Assembly: GCA_965222615.1 (NCBI GenBank)
Contig: CBDCUI010000009.1
Location: 32,001 to 96,000, forward strand
DNA: 64,000 bases
Reading direction: 5' to 3'
Source: Gammaproteobacteria bacterium
GTDB lineage: Bacteria; Pseudomonadota; Gammaproteobacteria; UBA4575
A program made the position numbers and the translations under genes. Each line of letters opens with the position of its first letter. Position 1 is the first letter of the stretch. The notes under the pieces were generated by a model, which saw nothing but the letters and a program-made list of their open reading frames with translations, was not told the DNA's origin and searched no databases. Of the stretch, positions 30,701-42,700 are shown one piece after another.

Positions 30701-31660
30701 ATGCCAGTTATGAATGGCCAAACCTTAGTTATTGATTCCAGCAAGAATGGTCAACGAATCGACAATTATTTGATCACCAATTTAAAGGGTGTGCCAAAGA
30801 GCCATATCTATAAATTATTACGAACTGGAAAAATTAGAGTAAACGGTAAACGGGTAAAGCAGACTTATCGCCTTCAAATTGACGATTCAGTGAATATTCC
30901 CGAGCTGTATCTGCCCCAATCGAGTGATAACAGACTACAAATCTCACTACGTATTCAAGACCAAATAAATGCCTCAATTTTGTATGAAGATGAAATGCTT
31001 CAGGTACTAAACAAACCTGCAGGTATCGCCGTCCATCCAGGAACGGGTGTTGCCTTTGGCGTGATTGAAATTTTGCGCGAACTGCGTCCAGCAGCACCTT
31101 ATTTAGAATTAGTGCATCGTTTAGACCGTGATACCAGTGGATGTCTTTTGATTGCTAAAACTAAAACCATGTTAAATGAACTTCATGAGCTGTTGCGGTT
31201 GAATAAAATACATAAAGAATATTTTGCTGTGCTTATGGGTAAATGGCCCCATGGAGACAAAATCGTAACGACGCCCTTGGTTGACAAGCAAAAATTTACT
31301 GACTACCTGCAGGAAAGAGATCGTATTCCAAAATCAAAAAGCGCAATAACAAAATTTTCAATTAGTGAGCTCTATAACAATGCCTCGCTTATGAAAGTGC
31401 AAATAGATACGGGCCGCACGCATCAAATTCGCAGACATGCAGCTCAGCTTGGTTATCCAGTTGTGGGGGATCAAAAATATGGTGATTTTTCTTTCAATCG
31501 TAAATGTAAAAAAATCGGTATAAAACGCATGTTGTTACATGCTTCTAAGATATCTTTTCAGCTGCCCAAAAGTGGTCAACACTATGAATTTAGTGCCCCT
31601 ATCGACGATAATATGCAAAGAATGCTAAATATCCTTAAAACCTATGAACCATTGACATAA
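30701..31660 (+). CDS. rluC: 23S rRNA pseudouridine synthase RluC
   Basis: S4 domain GQRIDNYL, HRLDRDTSG, TGRTHQIR; synteny. Confidence 0.9.
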   Translation: MPVMNGQTLVIDSSKNGQRIDNYLITNLKGVPKSHIYKLLRTGKIRVNGKRVKQTYRLQIDDSVNIPELYLPQSSDNRLQISLRIQDQINASILYEDEMLQVLNKPAGIAVHPGTGVAFGVIEILRELRPAAPYLELVHRLDRDTSGCLLIAKTKTMLNELHELLRLNKIHKEYFAVLMGKWPHGDKIVTTPLVDKQKFTDYLQERDRIPKSKSAITKFSISELYNNASLMKVQIDTGRTHQIRRHAAQLGYPVVGDQKYGDFSFNRKCKKIGIKRMLLHASKISFQLPKSGQHYEFSAPIDDNMQRMLNILKTYEPLT

Positions 31661-31766
31661 ATATTATGGCAACCTCCTTGAATTTCAGCATAGGCAGTCT
31701 GATATAATTTGTGTTGAAACATTCCGGCTTGTTTAGTGTCAAAATCAGTAACAACCAGGGCTAAAT

Positions 31767-32744
31767 ATGGATCCAGAGATTAATTTAGACAAGTTATCCA
31801 GCGAAGATCGTTCATCCACTAATTGGGAGCGAGAGGCAATTTATAATTTGGCTGCTGCAGGCCTACAGGAGCAGCGACGAGCCAGGAAATGGGGGATATT
31901 TTTTAAATTGCTCGGCTTTGCTTATCTCACTATCTTTGTGATCAGCTTATTAGGCTTTAATTTTTCCAATATGACTTCTGCTACGGGAAAGCATACTGCG
32001 CTAGTGGAATTAGCGGGGGTAATTGCAGACGGTGAAAACGCCAGTGCAGACAATGTGGTCTCCGGTCTGCGTGCAGCATTTGAAAATGATCGATCGGCAG
32101 CAGTAATTCTGCGTATTAATAGTCCTGGTGGCAGTCCTGTGCAGGCAAGTTACATTAATAAAGAGATTAAGCGCTTACGGGAACTTCATCCCGATAAGCC
32201 TATGTATGCTGTAGTTGCGGATATCTGCGCATCGGGTGGAGTTTTTGCTGCTGTGGCGGCAGACAAAATTTACGCAGACAAGGCAAGCATAGTAGGCTCC
32301 ATTGGCGTGCGCATGGATAGTTTTGGTTTTGTTGAAGCATTAGACAAGTTAGGAATAGAGCGAAGGTTAATGACGGCAGGTGAACATAAAGCATTGCTTG
32401 ATCCGTTTTTACCAGAAAGTAGTTATGAGAAAAAACATGTACAAACTCTTCTAGATGAAATCCATCAACAATTTATAGATGTAGTAAAAGAGGGAAGGGG
32501 AGATAAGCTTGCTAATGATCCCGCTTTATTTAGTGGATTGTTTTGGACGGGTGAGCAAGCTTTAGAGTTAGGATTGGTAGATGGGTTTGGGAGTGCTAGT
32601 TATGTCGCACGCGAAGTTGTAGGTGTGGAAGATGTTAGAGACTACACTTATCGTGAAGATATCTTTCAACAATTAGCAGGAAGATTTGGTGCTGCAATCC
32701 TAAGACCTTTCCGTGATGCAATTTTACATCCGGGGCTTAATTAA
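31767..32744 (+). CDS. S49 family peptidase (SppA-like)
   Basis: RINSPGGSP, ICASGG, VGSIGV. Confidence 0.9.
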   Translation: MDPEINLDKLSSEDRSSTNWEREAIYNLAAAGLQEQRRARKWGIFFKLLGFAYLTIFVISLLGFNFSNMTSATGKHTALVELAGVIADGENASADNVVSGLRAAFENDRSAAVILRINSPGGSPVQASYINKEIKRLRELHPDKPMYAVVADICASGGVFAAVAADKIYADKASIVGSIGVRMDSFGFVEALDKLGIERRLMTAGEHKALLDPFLPESSYEKKHVQTLLDEIHQQFIDVVKEGRGDKLANDPALFSGLFWTGEQALELGLVDGFGSASYVAREVVGVEDVRDYTYREDIFQQLAGRFGAAILRPFRDAILHPGLN

Positions 32745-32766
32745 AAGATAAAACATTAGTTGTAGG

Positions 32767-33351
32767 CTAGTAATTGCTTAGTATATCTACACCTTCATTA
32801 TTTAACATAGTTACTAATCTTATTAATGGTAAGCCTATCAATGTATTGGGGTCATTGCCTTGCATGGCCTCAAATAGGGTGATCCCCAATCCTTCCGATT
32901 TAAAACTTCCCGCACAATCATACGGCTGATCTTTATCTAAATAAGTTGTGATTTGTTGTTCGGATAAATTACGAAATTTAACTTCATAAGTTTCACAAGC
33001 TAGCTGGTGTGTATTATTAGCAGCATTGTATAGACATAGCCCTGTATAGAATTTCACATAGTTACCATTTGCAGCAGCGAGTTGCTCAAATGCTTCAGCA
33101 GGGCTAGCTGGTTTAGTGATAATTTGCTCGTCTAGTTCGCCGCATTGATCAGAGCCAATGACTAAAGCACTATCGTGCTGTTTGGCTATACATGAGGCTT
33201 TTGCCAATGCTAATCGACATACATATTCAGAGGGTAGTTCATTGACTTTTTGGGCTTCGTCAATTTGTGGAGCAATGCACTCTAAATTGGGTATTAATGG
33301 TTGTAACAAGCTTTTTCGATAAAGGGAGCTAGAGGCTAAGATAATCTTCAT
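32767..33351 (-). CDS. yceF: Maf/YceF nucleoside triphosphate pyrophosphatase
   Basis: ILASSSLYR, IGSDQ, CAGSFKSEGLG, LIGLPL. Confidence 0.9.
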   Translation of the reverse strand: MKIILASSSLYRKSLLQPLIPNLECIAPQIDEAQKVNELPSEYVCRLALAKASCIAKQHDSALVIGSDQCGELDEQIITKPASPAEAFEQLAAANGNYVKFYTGLCLYNAANNTHQLACETYEVKFRNLSEQQITTYLDKDQPYDCAGSFKSEGLGITLFEAMQGNDPNTLIGLPLIRLVTMLNNEGVDILSNY

Positions 33352-33454
33352 AATTAATAATAAGAATAAATCAGAGCTTCAATAAGTTTAAAAGTGGTGA
33401 ACTTATTCTGCCCATTTAATATACTGCATGGAAAATTGAAGACATTATTCGATC

Positions 33455-33976
33455 ATGTCCGCTAAAGGCGCCACATTATTACCAAAGAGATTCGATCCTG
33501 AAACTTATGCTGACCAGAATCTAAAATTAACTGGCATGGTACCGGTCAAAACCATGCAGCGGCTACAAAATCTAGTTATTTCCATGCAGTCTCTGGTGGC
33601 TGTTAGTTTGCAGTTCTCTCGCAACCACTTTGGTCGTGTGACGATGACAGGGCAAATTAAACATTCGTTAGAATTGCGCTGTGAACGCTGTTTAGACCAG
33701 GTCCAAATTACCATAGATCAGTCAATCGAGGTTTTACTTCAATCCAGTACTGAGTCAGTAATTGAGAATACCGAGAAACTGGAATTTTATGAATATGACG
33801 ACAAAGGCCTTGAGTTAGCTGAGATTATTGAAGATGAGCTGCTACTGGCATTGCCATTGGTCCCTAGACATGAGGATATTTCATTATGTGACCAAGATAT
33901 GGTAGCGTGGCTCGCCTCAAACGAGGCACCTGTAGATCAGGCAGAAAACCCTTTTGCTATACTAAAGCGTCAGTAA
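33455..33976 (+). CDS. yceD: YceD/DUF177 protein
   Basis: CERCL, EDELLLALP, NPFAIL; upstream of rpmF. Confidence 0.9.
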   Translation: MSAKGATLLPKRFDPETYADQNLKLTGMVPVKTMQRLQNLVISMQSLVAVSLQFSRNHFGRVTMTGQIKHSLELRCERCLDQVQITIDQSIEVLLQSSTESVIENTEKLEFYEYDDKGLELAEIIEDELLLALPLVPRHEDISLCDQDMVAWLASNEAPVDQAENPFAILKRQ

Positions 33977-33991
33977 GTATGGAGAATTCAC

Positions 33992-34189
33992 ATGGCGGTA
34001 CAAAAGAACAGGAAAACACGTTCAAAGAGAGACATGCGTCGTGCACATGATGCACTACCCGCTGCGACTTTATCTGTGGATGGCACTACTGGTGAGACTC
34101 ATTTACGCCACCATGTTACGCCAGATGGCTATTATCGAGGTAAGCAGGTAATAGTGAAGCCAGAAGAGTATGAAGACGACGAGGAATAG
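33992..34189 (+). CDS. rpmF: 50S ribosomal protein L32
   Basis: [20 protein letters not shown]...HLRHHV. Confidence 0.97.
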   Translation: MAVQKNRKTRSKRDMRRAHDALPAATLSVDGTTGETHLRHHVTPDGYYRGKQVIVKPEEYEDDEE

Positions 34190-34293
34190 TTTTTCTCGGG
34201 GGTCTTTGCATTTAAATATACTCAGACTTTTTCATCACATATATATTTAAATTCGTTTACGGTGACACATCCGTATACGCGATTGTAAAGTAA

Positions 34294-35319
34294 GTGACTA
34301 ACTATACGATTTCGCTAGATGCTATGGGTGGCGACTTCGGTGTACCCGTGGTTACTAAAGCAGCAATTAGTTATTTAGAAAATAATCACGATATTTCATT
34401 GATATTAGTTGGTGATCAGCAAGAAATTGCCTCCGAGCTCAGTAAGCAGAATGTAAAACCCTACGAAAGACTTATTGTTCATCACGCCAGTGAACGTGTA
34501 GAAATGGATGAATCTCCATCCCAGGCGCTACGTACTAAAAAAGATTCTTCTATGCGCGTTGCCATTAATTTAGTAAAAGATGGAAGTGCCGATGCCTGCG
34601 TCAGTGCTGGTAATACGGGAGCGTTAATGGCCACAGCAAGATATGTGTTGAAGACATTGCCAGGCATCGATCGACCTGCCATTACTAGCACTATTCCAGC
34701 GATTAATGGTCAAACCTATATGCTTGATTTAGGTGCAAATGTAGGTTGTACCAGTAAGCATTTATTACAGTTTGCAGTCATGGGTGCTGTGCTTGCAACT
34801 GCGGTTGACGAAATAGACAATCCTAAGGTGGGTCTATTGAATATTGGTGAAGAAGAAATTAAAGGTAATGAACAAGTTAAAGAAGCTAATGAGGTACTAC
34901 GCCAAAGTGGTTTAAACTATGTTGGTTATGTAGAAGGTGATGGAATTTATTGTGGCGACGTAAATGTAGTCGTTTGTGATGGTTTCGTTGGAAATGTTGC
35001 ACTTAAAACCAGCGAAGGGGTAGCAAAAATTATTTCGCATTATATAAAAGAAGAGTTTAATCGAAATATTTTAACTAAGTTAAGAGGTTTTTTGGCGCTA
35101 CCCGTTTTAAAGGCTTTTAGGCAACGTATCGATCCGCGACGTTATAATGGAGCAAGTTTGTTAGGCTTGCGCGGTGTAGTAATTAAAAGTCATGGTGGTG
35201 CAGATGCTTATTCATTCCAACATGCCATTAATATTGCGAGAATTGAAGCCATCAAACAGGTACCTAAGCAAATCGATGCAAGAATAGCAGAGTATTTAAA
35301 ACACGAAAGCGCGGCATGA
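34294..35319 (+). CDS. plsX: Phosphate acyltransferase PlsX
   Basis: DAMGGD, SAGNTGA, DLGAN, KSHG. Confidence 0.96.
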   Translation: MTNYTISLDAMGGDFGVPVVTKAAISYLENNHDISLILVGDQQEIASELSKQNVKPYERLIVHHASERVEMDESPSQALRTKKDSSMRVAINLVKDGSADACVSAGNTGALMATARYVLKTLPGIDRPAITSTIPAINGQTYMLDLGANVGCTSKHLLQFAVMGAVLATAVDEIDNPKVGLLNIGEEEIKGNEQVKEANEVLRQSGLNYVGYVEGDGIYCGDVNVVVCDGFVGNVALKTSEGVAKIISHYIKEEFNRNILTKLRGFLALPVLKAFRQRIDPRRYNGASLLGLRGVVIKSHGGADAYSFQHAINIARIEAIKQVPKQIDARIAEYLKHESAA

Positions 35320-36296
35320 CCCAAGAAATGAACTACTCAAAAATAATAGGTACGGGGGGTTATTTGCCAGACAAAGTTCTGACAAATAAAGATTTGGAAA
35401 AAAGAGTAAATACTTCTGATAAGTGGATTCAAGAGCGTACAGGTATTAAACAACGACACATTGCTGCAGATGGAGAGACTACTTGTGATTTAGCGGTTAA
35501 TGCGTCGCGCCGTGCTTTAGAGATGGCCAATAAAACCCATGATGATATCGATCTCATTGTAGTTGCGACCACCACAGCAGATAAGATTTTTCCTAGTACA
35601 GCTTGTTTATTGCAAAAGCGACTCGATATACATGGCTGTGCAGCCTTTGATGTGCAGGCTGTGTGTACAGGATTTGTGTATGCCTTATCAATTGCCGATA
35701 AGTTTATTCGCACTGACTCTGCTAAATGTGCATTAGTAGTAGGTTCAGAAACATTGTCACGAATTTTAGACTGGAGTGACCGCAGTACCTGTGTGTTGTT
35801 TGGAGATGGAGCGGGTGCCGTTGTGTTGGAGGCCGCAAATAAACCTGGAATTCTTTCCACTCACTTGCATGCCGATGGAAGTTATGAGCACTTATTACAT
35901 GTACCGCATGGAATCTCAATGGGCTATGAACAACTCAAGGCCGGAGAAGCCTATGTGTACATGGAAGGCAATGCAGTATTTAAAATGGCAGTGAATACAC
36001 TTGGGCGCATTGTAGATGAGACACTTGAGGCCAATAGTATTAAAAAAAGTGATGTCGATTGGTTGGTACCCCATCAAGCCAACAACCGCATTATTGAAGC
36101 GACGGCACGCAAACTAAAAATGTCAATGGATCAAGTAGTGGTAACAGTTGCAGAACATGGCAACACCTCTGCTGCATCGATTCCACTGGCTTTGGATGTT
36201 GCCGTTCGTGATGGACGCATTAAAAAAGGTGAAATGCTTATGCTTGAGGCCTTTGGGGGTGGTTTCACGTGGGGTTCTGCCTTACTTAATTACTAG
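35316..36296 (+). CDS. fabH: 3-oxoacyl-ACP synthase III
   Basis: AVCTGF, FGDGAGA, PHQAN, GNTSAAS, GGGFTWG. Confidence 0.96.
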   Translation: MTQEMNYSKIIGTGGYLPDKVLTNKDLEKRVNTSDKWIQERTGIKQRHIAADGETTCDLAVNASRRALEMANKTHDDIDLIVVATTTADKIFPSTACLLQKRLDIHGCAAFDVQAVCTGFVYALSIADKFIRTDSAKCALVVGSETLSRILDWSDRSTCVLFGDGAGAVVLEAANKPGILSTHLHADGSYEHLLHVPHGISMGYEQLKAGEAYVYMEGNAVFKMAVNTLGRIVDETLEANSIKKSDVDWLVPHQANNRIIEATARKLKMSMDQVVVTVAEHGNTSAASIPLALDVAVRDGRIKKGEMLMLEAFGGGFTWGSALLNY

Positions 36297-36321
36297 ATTG
36301 CAAAGTATTATCAATCTTTAG

Positions 36322-36972
36322 GTGGCTACAGCTCACGCATCAATCTTTAAAGAGAATTGTACGAAGTGTTCTCGTCTAGCTAAATTCTTAATATCTAGTA
36401 AAAAAAAATTCCCTACTTATCATTGTAAACCGGTTGCGGCATTTGGAGATCCCAATGCAAAGCTATTGATTGTTGGTCTTGCCCCTGGTTTACATGGTGC
36501 CAATGCATCGGGAAGACCGTTCACAGGCGATTTTGCCGGAGTTTTATTATATGAAACTCTGCATAAATTTAATTTTGCCTCCCATCCAGTATCAAAAAAC
36601 CGAAGCGATGGATTAAAACTCATCAATTGTAGAATTACCAATGCCGTAAAGTGCGTACCACCTGCGAATAAACCTACCACGGATGAAATTAAGACTTGCA
36701 ATACCTATTTACAAAATGAATTACATTCGCTAACGCCAGGTTGTGTAATTTTAGCTTTAGGTAAAATTGCACACGACTCTGTCTTACGTGCCTTTGATTT
36801 AAAACTAGGCGCATATGCTTTTGGACATGGCAATCTATATACATTGCAAAATGGTACTCACTTATTGGACTCATATCACTGTAGTCGCTACAACACCCAA
36901 ACCAAACGGCTTACAACACAGCAATTTGAAGCGATCTTTGAACAGGCTAAAACTATTCTAAATGACAGTTGA
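36322..36972 (+). CDS. Uracil-DNA glycosylase, family 5-like
   Basis: GLAPGLHGANASGRPFTGD, Fe-S cysteines, SYHCSRYN. Confidence 0.88.
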   Translation: MATAHASIFKENCTKCSRLAKFLISSKKKFPTYHCKPVAAFGDPNAKLLIVGLAPGLHGANASGRPFTGDFAGVLLYETLHKFNFASHPVSKNRSDGLKLINCRITNAVKCVPPANKPTTDEIKTCNTYLQNELHSLTPGCVILALGKIAHDSVLRAFDLKLGAYAFGHGNLYTLQNGTHLLDSYHCSRYNTQTKRLTTQQFEAIFEQAKTILNDS

Positions 36973-36978
36973 TTTGCT

Positions 36979-38811
36979 ATGAATAGCGCTAATCAAGAAT
37001 TTGATTTTAAGCAATTTGTACAAACGCTTACCCATGATCCTGGTGTCTACCGCATGTTGAATGCAGAAGGAAAGTTACTCTATGTAGGTAAAGCAAAAAG
37101 TTTAAAGAAGCGAGTGGCTAGCTATTTTTCAAAGAGTCAAGCGAGCCCACGTATTGCAAAAATGGTGGGACAGACAACAAGCGTTGAGATCACCATTACC
37201 AATACCGAAGCCGAGGCATTGTTACTTGAAAATAACTTAATCAAAGAACATCGTCCGCGTTATAACATTCTGTTAAGAGACGATAAAAGCTATCCCTATA
37301 TCTTTATCTCCTCAAAACACAAATATCCACAGATTACATTTCACCGTGGCAATCGCAGTAAATCTGGCCGCTACTTTGGTCCCTATACCAGTGTGGGGGC
37401 AGCCAGAAATGCGCTTAGTTTATTGCAAAAAGTTTTTAAAGTACGCCAATGTGATGATTATTTTTTTAATCACCGCAGTCGACCTTGTTTGCAACACCAG
37501 ATTGATCGCTGCAGTGCACCTTGTGTGGGTTTAATTGATGAAGAGAGTTATCGAAACGATATGGAATCAGCGATTGAATTCTTAGAAGGCAATAGTCAGC
37601 AACTAATTCAACGCTATGTAAAAGACATGGACGCTGCATCTAGCAATATGGATTACGAGCTGGCCGCTCAATATCGCGACAAAATTGAAATGTTGCGTAA
37701 AGTTTCTGAGCAGCAATATGTCAGTGCAGAAGATGGCAATGTAGACATTATTGCCGTGCAATGTGAAGGTGAAGTGGCTTGTGTTCAAGTATTTAACATC
37801 CGTGCCGGTATGAATTTAGGCAATAAAAGCTACTTTCCAAATTTACCGGAACCTACTTCAGCCGAAAAAACACTAGCCGCCTTTATTGGGCAATATTATT
37901 TATCCCATGCCATACCAGAAGAACTTATTACCAGTCATAAACCAGATGATTTTGCACTCATACAAGAAATGCTCAGCCACAGGGCAGGTAAAAGTGTTGT
38001 TATCAGATACTCACCACGCAGTAAACGTGCTCGTTGGTTAGAAATTGCAATAAAAAACGTTACCGCAGCCCTACAGAGTAAGCTGGCTAGCAAAGCAAGC
38101 TTAGAACAACGTTTTGAAGCGCTACAAGAAGAACTGGCCTTAGATTTTTTACCCACACGACTCGAATGTTTTGATGTCAGCCACACGAGTGGTGAAGCCA
38201 CGGTAGCATCATGCGTTGTGTTTGAACAAGAAGGGCCAGTAAAAAACGATTACCGCCGCTTTAATATCGAAAACATTAAAGCAGGTGACGACTATGCAGC
38301 AATGCAGCAAGCTCTTACACGACGCTACACAAGACTTAAAAAAGGTGAAGGAATATTACCTGATATTTTGTTCATTGATGGGGGCAAGGGGCAGGTAAAT
38401 AAGGCGAAAGAGGTCATCGATGAACTGCAAGTAGAAGGCGTTACCATCATCGGCATTGCAAAAGGGCTAGAAAGAAAAGCTGGTTATGAAACATTAGTGT
38501 TTACCGATGCAAGAGATAATATCAATTTAGCCGAACACTCCTTGGCGATGCATCTGATTCAACAAATACGCGATGAGGCACATCGTTTTGCCATTACCAG
38601 CCATCGCAAACGCCGTGCCAAAAGTCGAACCAGCTCACCACTTGAAAATATTGAGGGCTTAGGGCCGAAGCGTAGGCAAAATTTACTAAAGTATTTTGGC
38701 GGAATGAGAGGCGTCACCGATGCTGGGGAAGAGGAGCTTGCAAAAGTACCTGGTATTAGCAAGAATCTTGCAAAAGTCATTTACCAAGAATTGCATGCCA
38801 CGAGTAGTTAA
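36979..38811 (+). CDS. uvrC: Excinuclease ABC subunit C
   Basis: PGVYRM, YVGKAK, LRDDKSYPY, ECFDVSH, IDGGKGQ, RDEAHRFA. Confidence 0.97.
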   Translation: MNSANQEFDFKQFVQTLTHDPGVYRMLNAEGKLLYVGKAKSLKKRVASYFSKSQASPRIAKMVGQTTSVEITITNTEAEALLLENNLIKEHRPRYNILLRDDKSYPYIFISSKHKYPQITFHRGNRSKSGRYFGPYTSVGAARNALSLLQKVFKVRQCDDYFFNHRSRPCLQHQIDRCSAPCVGLIDEESYRNDMESAIEFLEGNSQQLIQRYVKDMDAASSNMDYELAAQYRDKIEMLRKVSEQQYVSAEDGNVDIIAVQCEGEVACVQVFNIRAGMNLGNKSYFPNLPEPTSAEKTLAAFIGQYYLSHAIPEELITSHKPDDFALIQEMLSHRAGKSVVIRYSPRSKRARWLEIAIKNVTAALQSKLASKASLEQRFEALQEELALDFLPTRLECFDVSHTSGEATVASCVVFEQEGPVKNDYRRFNIENIKAGDDYAAMQQALTRRYTRLKKGEGILPDILFIDGGKGQVNKAKEVIDELQVEGVTIIGIAKGLERKAGYETLVFTDARDNINLAEHSLAMHLIQQIRDEAHRFAITSHRKRRAKSRTSSPLENIEGLGPKRRQNLLKYFGGMRGVTDAGEEELAKVPGISKNLAKVIYQELHATSS

Positions 38812-38817
38812 TGCGTT

Positions 38818-39372
38818 GTGACATATAATATTCCTAACATCCTGACCTTTATAAGGATATTGATCATTCCATTATTGGTGTTGGTATACTATTTTCCACC
38901 CAATCGTTATGGCATGCCGGCTGCAGCATTGCTTTTTGGCATAGCGGGATTTACCGATTGGCTAGATGGCTATCTAGCCCGCAAGTTGAATCAAACTTCA
39001 AAATTAGGCGCTTTTTTAGATCCGATCGCCGACAAACTTATCGTGGTTACCGTATTGATCATGATCGTCGATGAATACGGCAAGCTATCTATTTTAATTC
39101 CAGCACTCATTATAATAGGCAGAGAAATAGCGGTTTCAGGATTACGCGAATGGATGTCCGAGCTTGGCTATCGGGACTCAGTATCTGTTTCCATGCTAGG
39201 TAAGATAAAGACCACGGCCCAGATGATTGCACTATTTTTATTGCTGTATTACTACCCAATTTTTGGATTACCGACATTTCAAATAGGCGTATGGCTGCTA
39301 TATATCGCTGCGGCCCTTACACTTTGGTCGATGTTGGTCTATATAAATCGTGCCATTAAAGCCAATAGTTGA
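38818..39372 (+). CDS. pgsA: CDP-diacylglycerol--glycerol-3-phosphate 3-phosphatidyltransferase
   Basis: TDWLDGYLAR, GAFLDPIADK, GKIKT; follows uvrC. Confidence 0.96.
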   Translation: MTYNIPNILTFIRILIIPLLVLVYYFPPNRYGMPAAALLFGIAGFTDWLDGYLARKLNQTSKLGAFLDPIADKLIVVTVLIMIVDEYGKLSILIPALIIIGREIAVSGLREWMSELGYRDSVSVSMLGKIKTTAQMIALFLLLYYYPIFGLPTFQIGVWLLYIAAALTLWSMLVYINRAIKANS

Positions 39373-39393
39373 TGATATATATAAGAGTATTGA

Positions 39394-39421
39394 TTGACTC
39401 ATTACAGCCGATCAATAGAAT
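39394..39421 (+). promoter_or_regulatory. Sigma70 promoter of the original tRNA-Gly locus
   Basis: TTGACT-N16-TAGAAT, 10 nt upstream of the tRNA 5' half. Confidence 0.6.
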
Positions 39422-39431
39422 ATAAGTCTAT

Positions 39432-39469
39432 GCGGGAATAGCTCAGCTGGTAGAGCGCAACCTTGCCAA
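39432..39469 (+). repeat. Left att site: 5' half of tRNA-Gly (38 nt, ends in the anticodon loop)
   Basis: GCGGGAATAGCTCAGCTGGTAGAGCGCAACCTTGCCAA, 37/38 identical to 55068-55105. Confidence 0.95.
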
Positions 39470-39700
39470 TATTAAACTTCCTTTTTTAGCTCTAATATAA
39501 ACAAGAGCTTACATCACACAGTTACAGCCTTACCTTCAAAAATTGTGTATTAATCGACGCAAATAAACGGTAGTTTGGCACAAAATGTCACAGTTTTTGG
39601 AGCGCAACACTTTTTGTGTCGAGCGCTTTTGATGGCCAATATATGTGACAGTTTCAGACACTATTATCAATCATTACAGGTTTCTAACTTTAGTTGCATT

Positions 39701-39750
39701 TTATATCCGTATTTGTATAAAATATGATTTATATCAATACCGATATAAAT
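39701..39750. promoter_or_regulatory. Tandem operator-like inverted repeats overlapping a putative promoter
   Basis: TTATATC-N6-TGTATAA (39701-39720) and ATTTATATC-N6-GATATAAAT (39727-39750); TTGCAT at 39694 and TATAAA at 39716. Confidence 0.55.
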
Positions 39751-39782
39751 TAAACATTCCGCAATGAGTTAGCAATTCATAT

Positions 39783-42700
39783 ATGAGTGACAATTTAGAA
39801 GCTACCGAGTTATCAAACGACATTCGCGAAAGGGCAGAGCTTATTGTCACTTTGCAAGAATACCTGGTGGGACAGCCAGGAACGCAAGCTGATAAAGCCA
39901 AGCAACTTGGTATAACTCAACCGAGGCTAAATGCTTTACTTAAAAACAAAGTAGAAAAGTTTAGTTTGGATGCACTCGTAAATATCGCAGCGAAAGCTGG
40001 TGTTCGAGTAAATTTACAGTTGCAAAGGATTGCTAAACCACTTAAATCGCCACCTACAATTCTCAATACATTCCAAGTTGGCCCTTTCTTTTCTCCAATG
40101 CCCGATGAATTGGGTTATTTGGATTCGACTCAATCTTCTAAAGTATTTCTAAATCTTTTACGTTGCGATGTAACTAGTGCAGGTATTAGTCCGTCAAACA
40201 TCGTGTTTTCGCTTAACACTACTACAAAAGACGGAGGTATTGACGCAAAGGTAGAAGTTGAATGTGCATCAAGCTCATTTCTTGATAATGGTAATGTTCA
40301 TTTCCAAGTTAAAAGCGGATCAAGTTTCAAGCCGTGGTATGCAAGCTGTCTTAAAAGAGAATTGTTTGGAAAATCTAATGCTCGCCCATCAAAAAAAGCT
40401 TTAGGAGATGCGGTTAAACATTGCCTTGATAATGGACACACATATTGTTTGGTTACGTTTGGGCATGATTTGCTACCAAAGGAACATACTAAAACTATAA
40501 ATTACTTAATAGAATATTTTCAGGCATGCGGTTATCGAAATCCCAAAGTTAAAGTTCTTGGTCAAGGTCAACTTATAGGTGAGATAGAAAAATACCCATC
40601 ACTTTGTCTCGAATTAAAAGGTTTATCGGTTGATGGGGCGCAGCCAATAGAATACTGGAAAAACAATGCTCAAATGCAGCTCCCATTATTTAAGGGAGAG
40701 CCGCAAAATAAATTTATTGATGAGATTCAAGACTTGATACGTAGTAATTCTGTTCAGCATATCAGAGTTATAGGTGAGCCAGGGATTGGCAAAACACGAC
40801 TTATTCTTGAGTCCGTGTCGGATCAATTTATTGCACCCACAGTTGTTTACATTAGTTCCGGAGAAGAATTTCAAAAAAGTAAATTGTTTAAAGAAATACT
40901 TAGAGTAGATAGAAACTTCTCCGCTACGTTAGTAATAGATGATTGTGATTCTCGCGATAGGACATCTATTTGGTCAGCTCTAAAAGGTAATTCCCGAATT
41001 AAATTGATAACAATTGATCATGGTCCCGAAGACAGTGATGACAGCAGTATGAAAACGATTCATTGTCCGTTGCTACCAAATGAGCAAATTGAAGAAATAT
41101 TAGCTAGCTATTTAGACAAAAAATATGACTTGCGTAATTGGGCAGAAATGTGTGACGGATCTCCTAGAGTAGCTCATGCAGTAGGAGAAAATTTAGCTAA
41201 GAATTCAAGTGATGTTTTAAAAACACCAGCTGATGTTCCAATCTGGGAAAGATTTATCATTGGACACAAACCGATTAATAGCGTTGATGCAGAACAATAT
41301 CGCATAGTTTTGCGTCACCTAGCGTTGTTTCAAAAATTTGGATTTGAGAATCCAGTTGATGAAGAAGCGCGCCACATCTGTACTCTTGTCCAAAAAGTTG
41401 ATTCGTCTATTAGTTGGGGAAAGTTCCAGACTATTGTCTTGCACTATAAAAATAAACGAATACTTCAAGGAAATACTACGTTGTATTTTGTCCCAAAAGC
41501 ATTGCATATTCATCTCTGGGTCGATTATTGGGAACAACATGGAAGAGGTTTTAAATTTCAAGACATATATGAGGAATTGCCCAGCGGCTTAAGGAACTGG
41601 TTTTTGCAGTTATTTATTTATGCTCACGATGTTGAGCCCGCAAAAAAAGTTGTAAAGAATATTTTATCCGAAGATGGGCCATTTTCAGATGTTAGCTTCT
41701 TTAAATCTAAGACTGGGTTGAAATTTATAAGTGTGTTAGCAGAGGCTGATCCTGCTTCTACATTAAGATTGATAGAAAGAACACTAGAAGAGTGGAGTCA
41801 TGAGGACATATATAAGCTTAATGAGGGGCGCCAGTACCTTGTATGGGCTTTGGAAAAAATATCTGTATGGAAAAATTTATTTGCTCGTAGTGTAGATGTA
41901 TTAACAAGGTTAGCACTCGCAGAGAATTCAAATTACGGCAATAATTCAACAGGGATATTACTAAGTCTATTTCAAATTGGACGAGGTTGGGCGCCAACGC
42001 AAGCACCCCCTGAAATGAGATTTCCCATTTTGCAAGAGTTTGTGAGGAGTGAAGATTCAGCAAAAAGAGAGTTAGGATTCAAAATGTGTGAAACATGGCT
42101 GGACACACATGGGGGAATGAGAACTATAGGTTCTGAGTATCAAGGTATACGGCCAACAATTAAATTCTGGGCGCCGAAAGTATGGGGGGAAATATTTGAT
42201 TGTTGGCGAGACGTACTGAAATTTCTATTTGATGAGATGAAAGGATTTGATATTGAAAACAAAAACAAAGCTGCGAATGTTTTAGTGCATGCTGCATTTG
42301 ACTTAATTGACACCAATGCGGTTACTGATCAAATCCATGACATATTATTTGAACTTGCAAATGATGAAGATATAAGCAAAAAGGGACTCACTAATTTTGT
42401 AATTAGGATGCTTAATAGACGAGATAGAAAACTAGAGTCTAGCCTATTAGAAAAAATAAATGAGCTAGACAATATGCTAACTGGTACCTCATTGATAGAT
42501 AGAATTACAAGATTTGTATTAAATACAAATTGGGAAGAGCACTATGGGATAAATGATGGAGATAATAGTGAATCAGATAGGCGAGTAAATGAGTTAGCAA
42601 AAGAATACATGGCTGATACTGAGCATTTCGATAAATATGCATTAAGCCTATTAAAAGCATCTGGACTTAAATTGCCACAATTCGCATATGAATGTGGAAA

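Noticed and set aside
39432-39469. Second functional tRNA-Gly
   Set aside because: Stops in the anticodon loop; no T-arm or 3' acceptor strand
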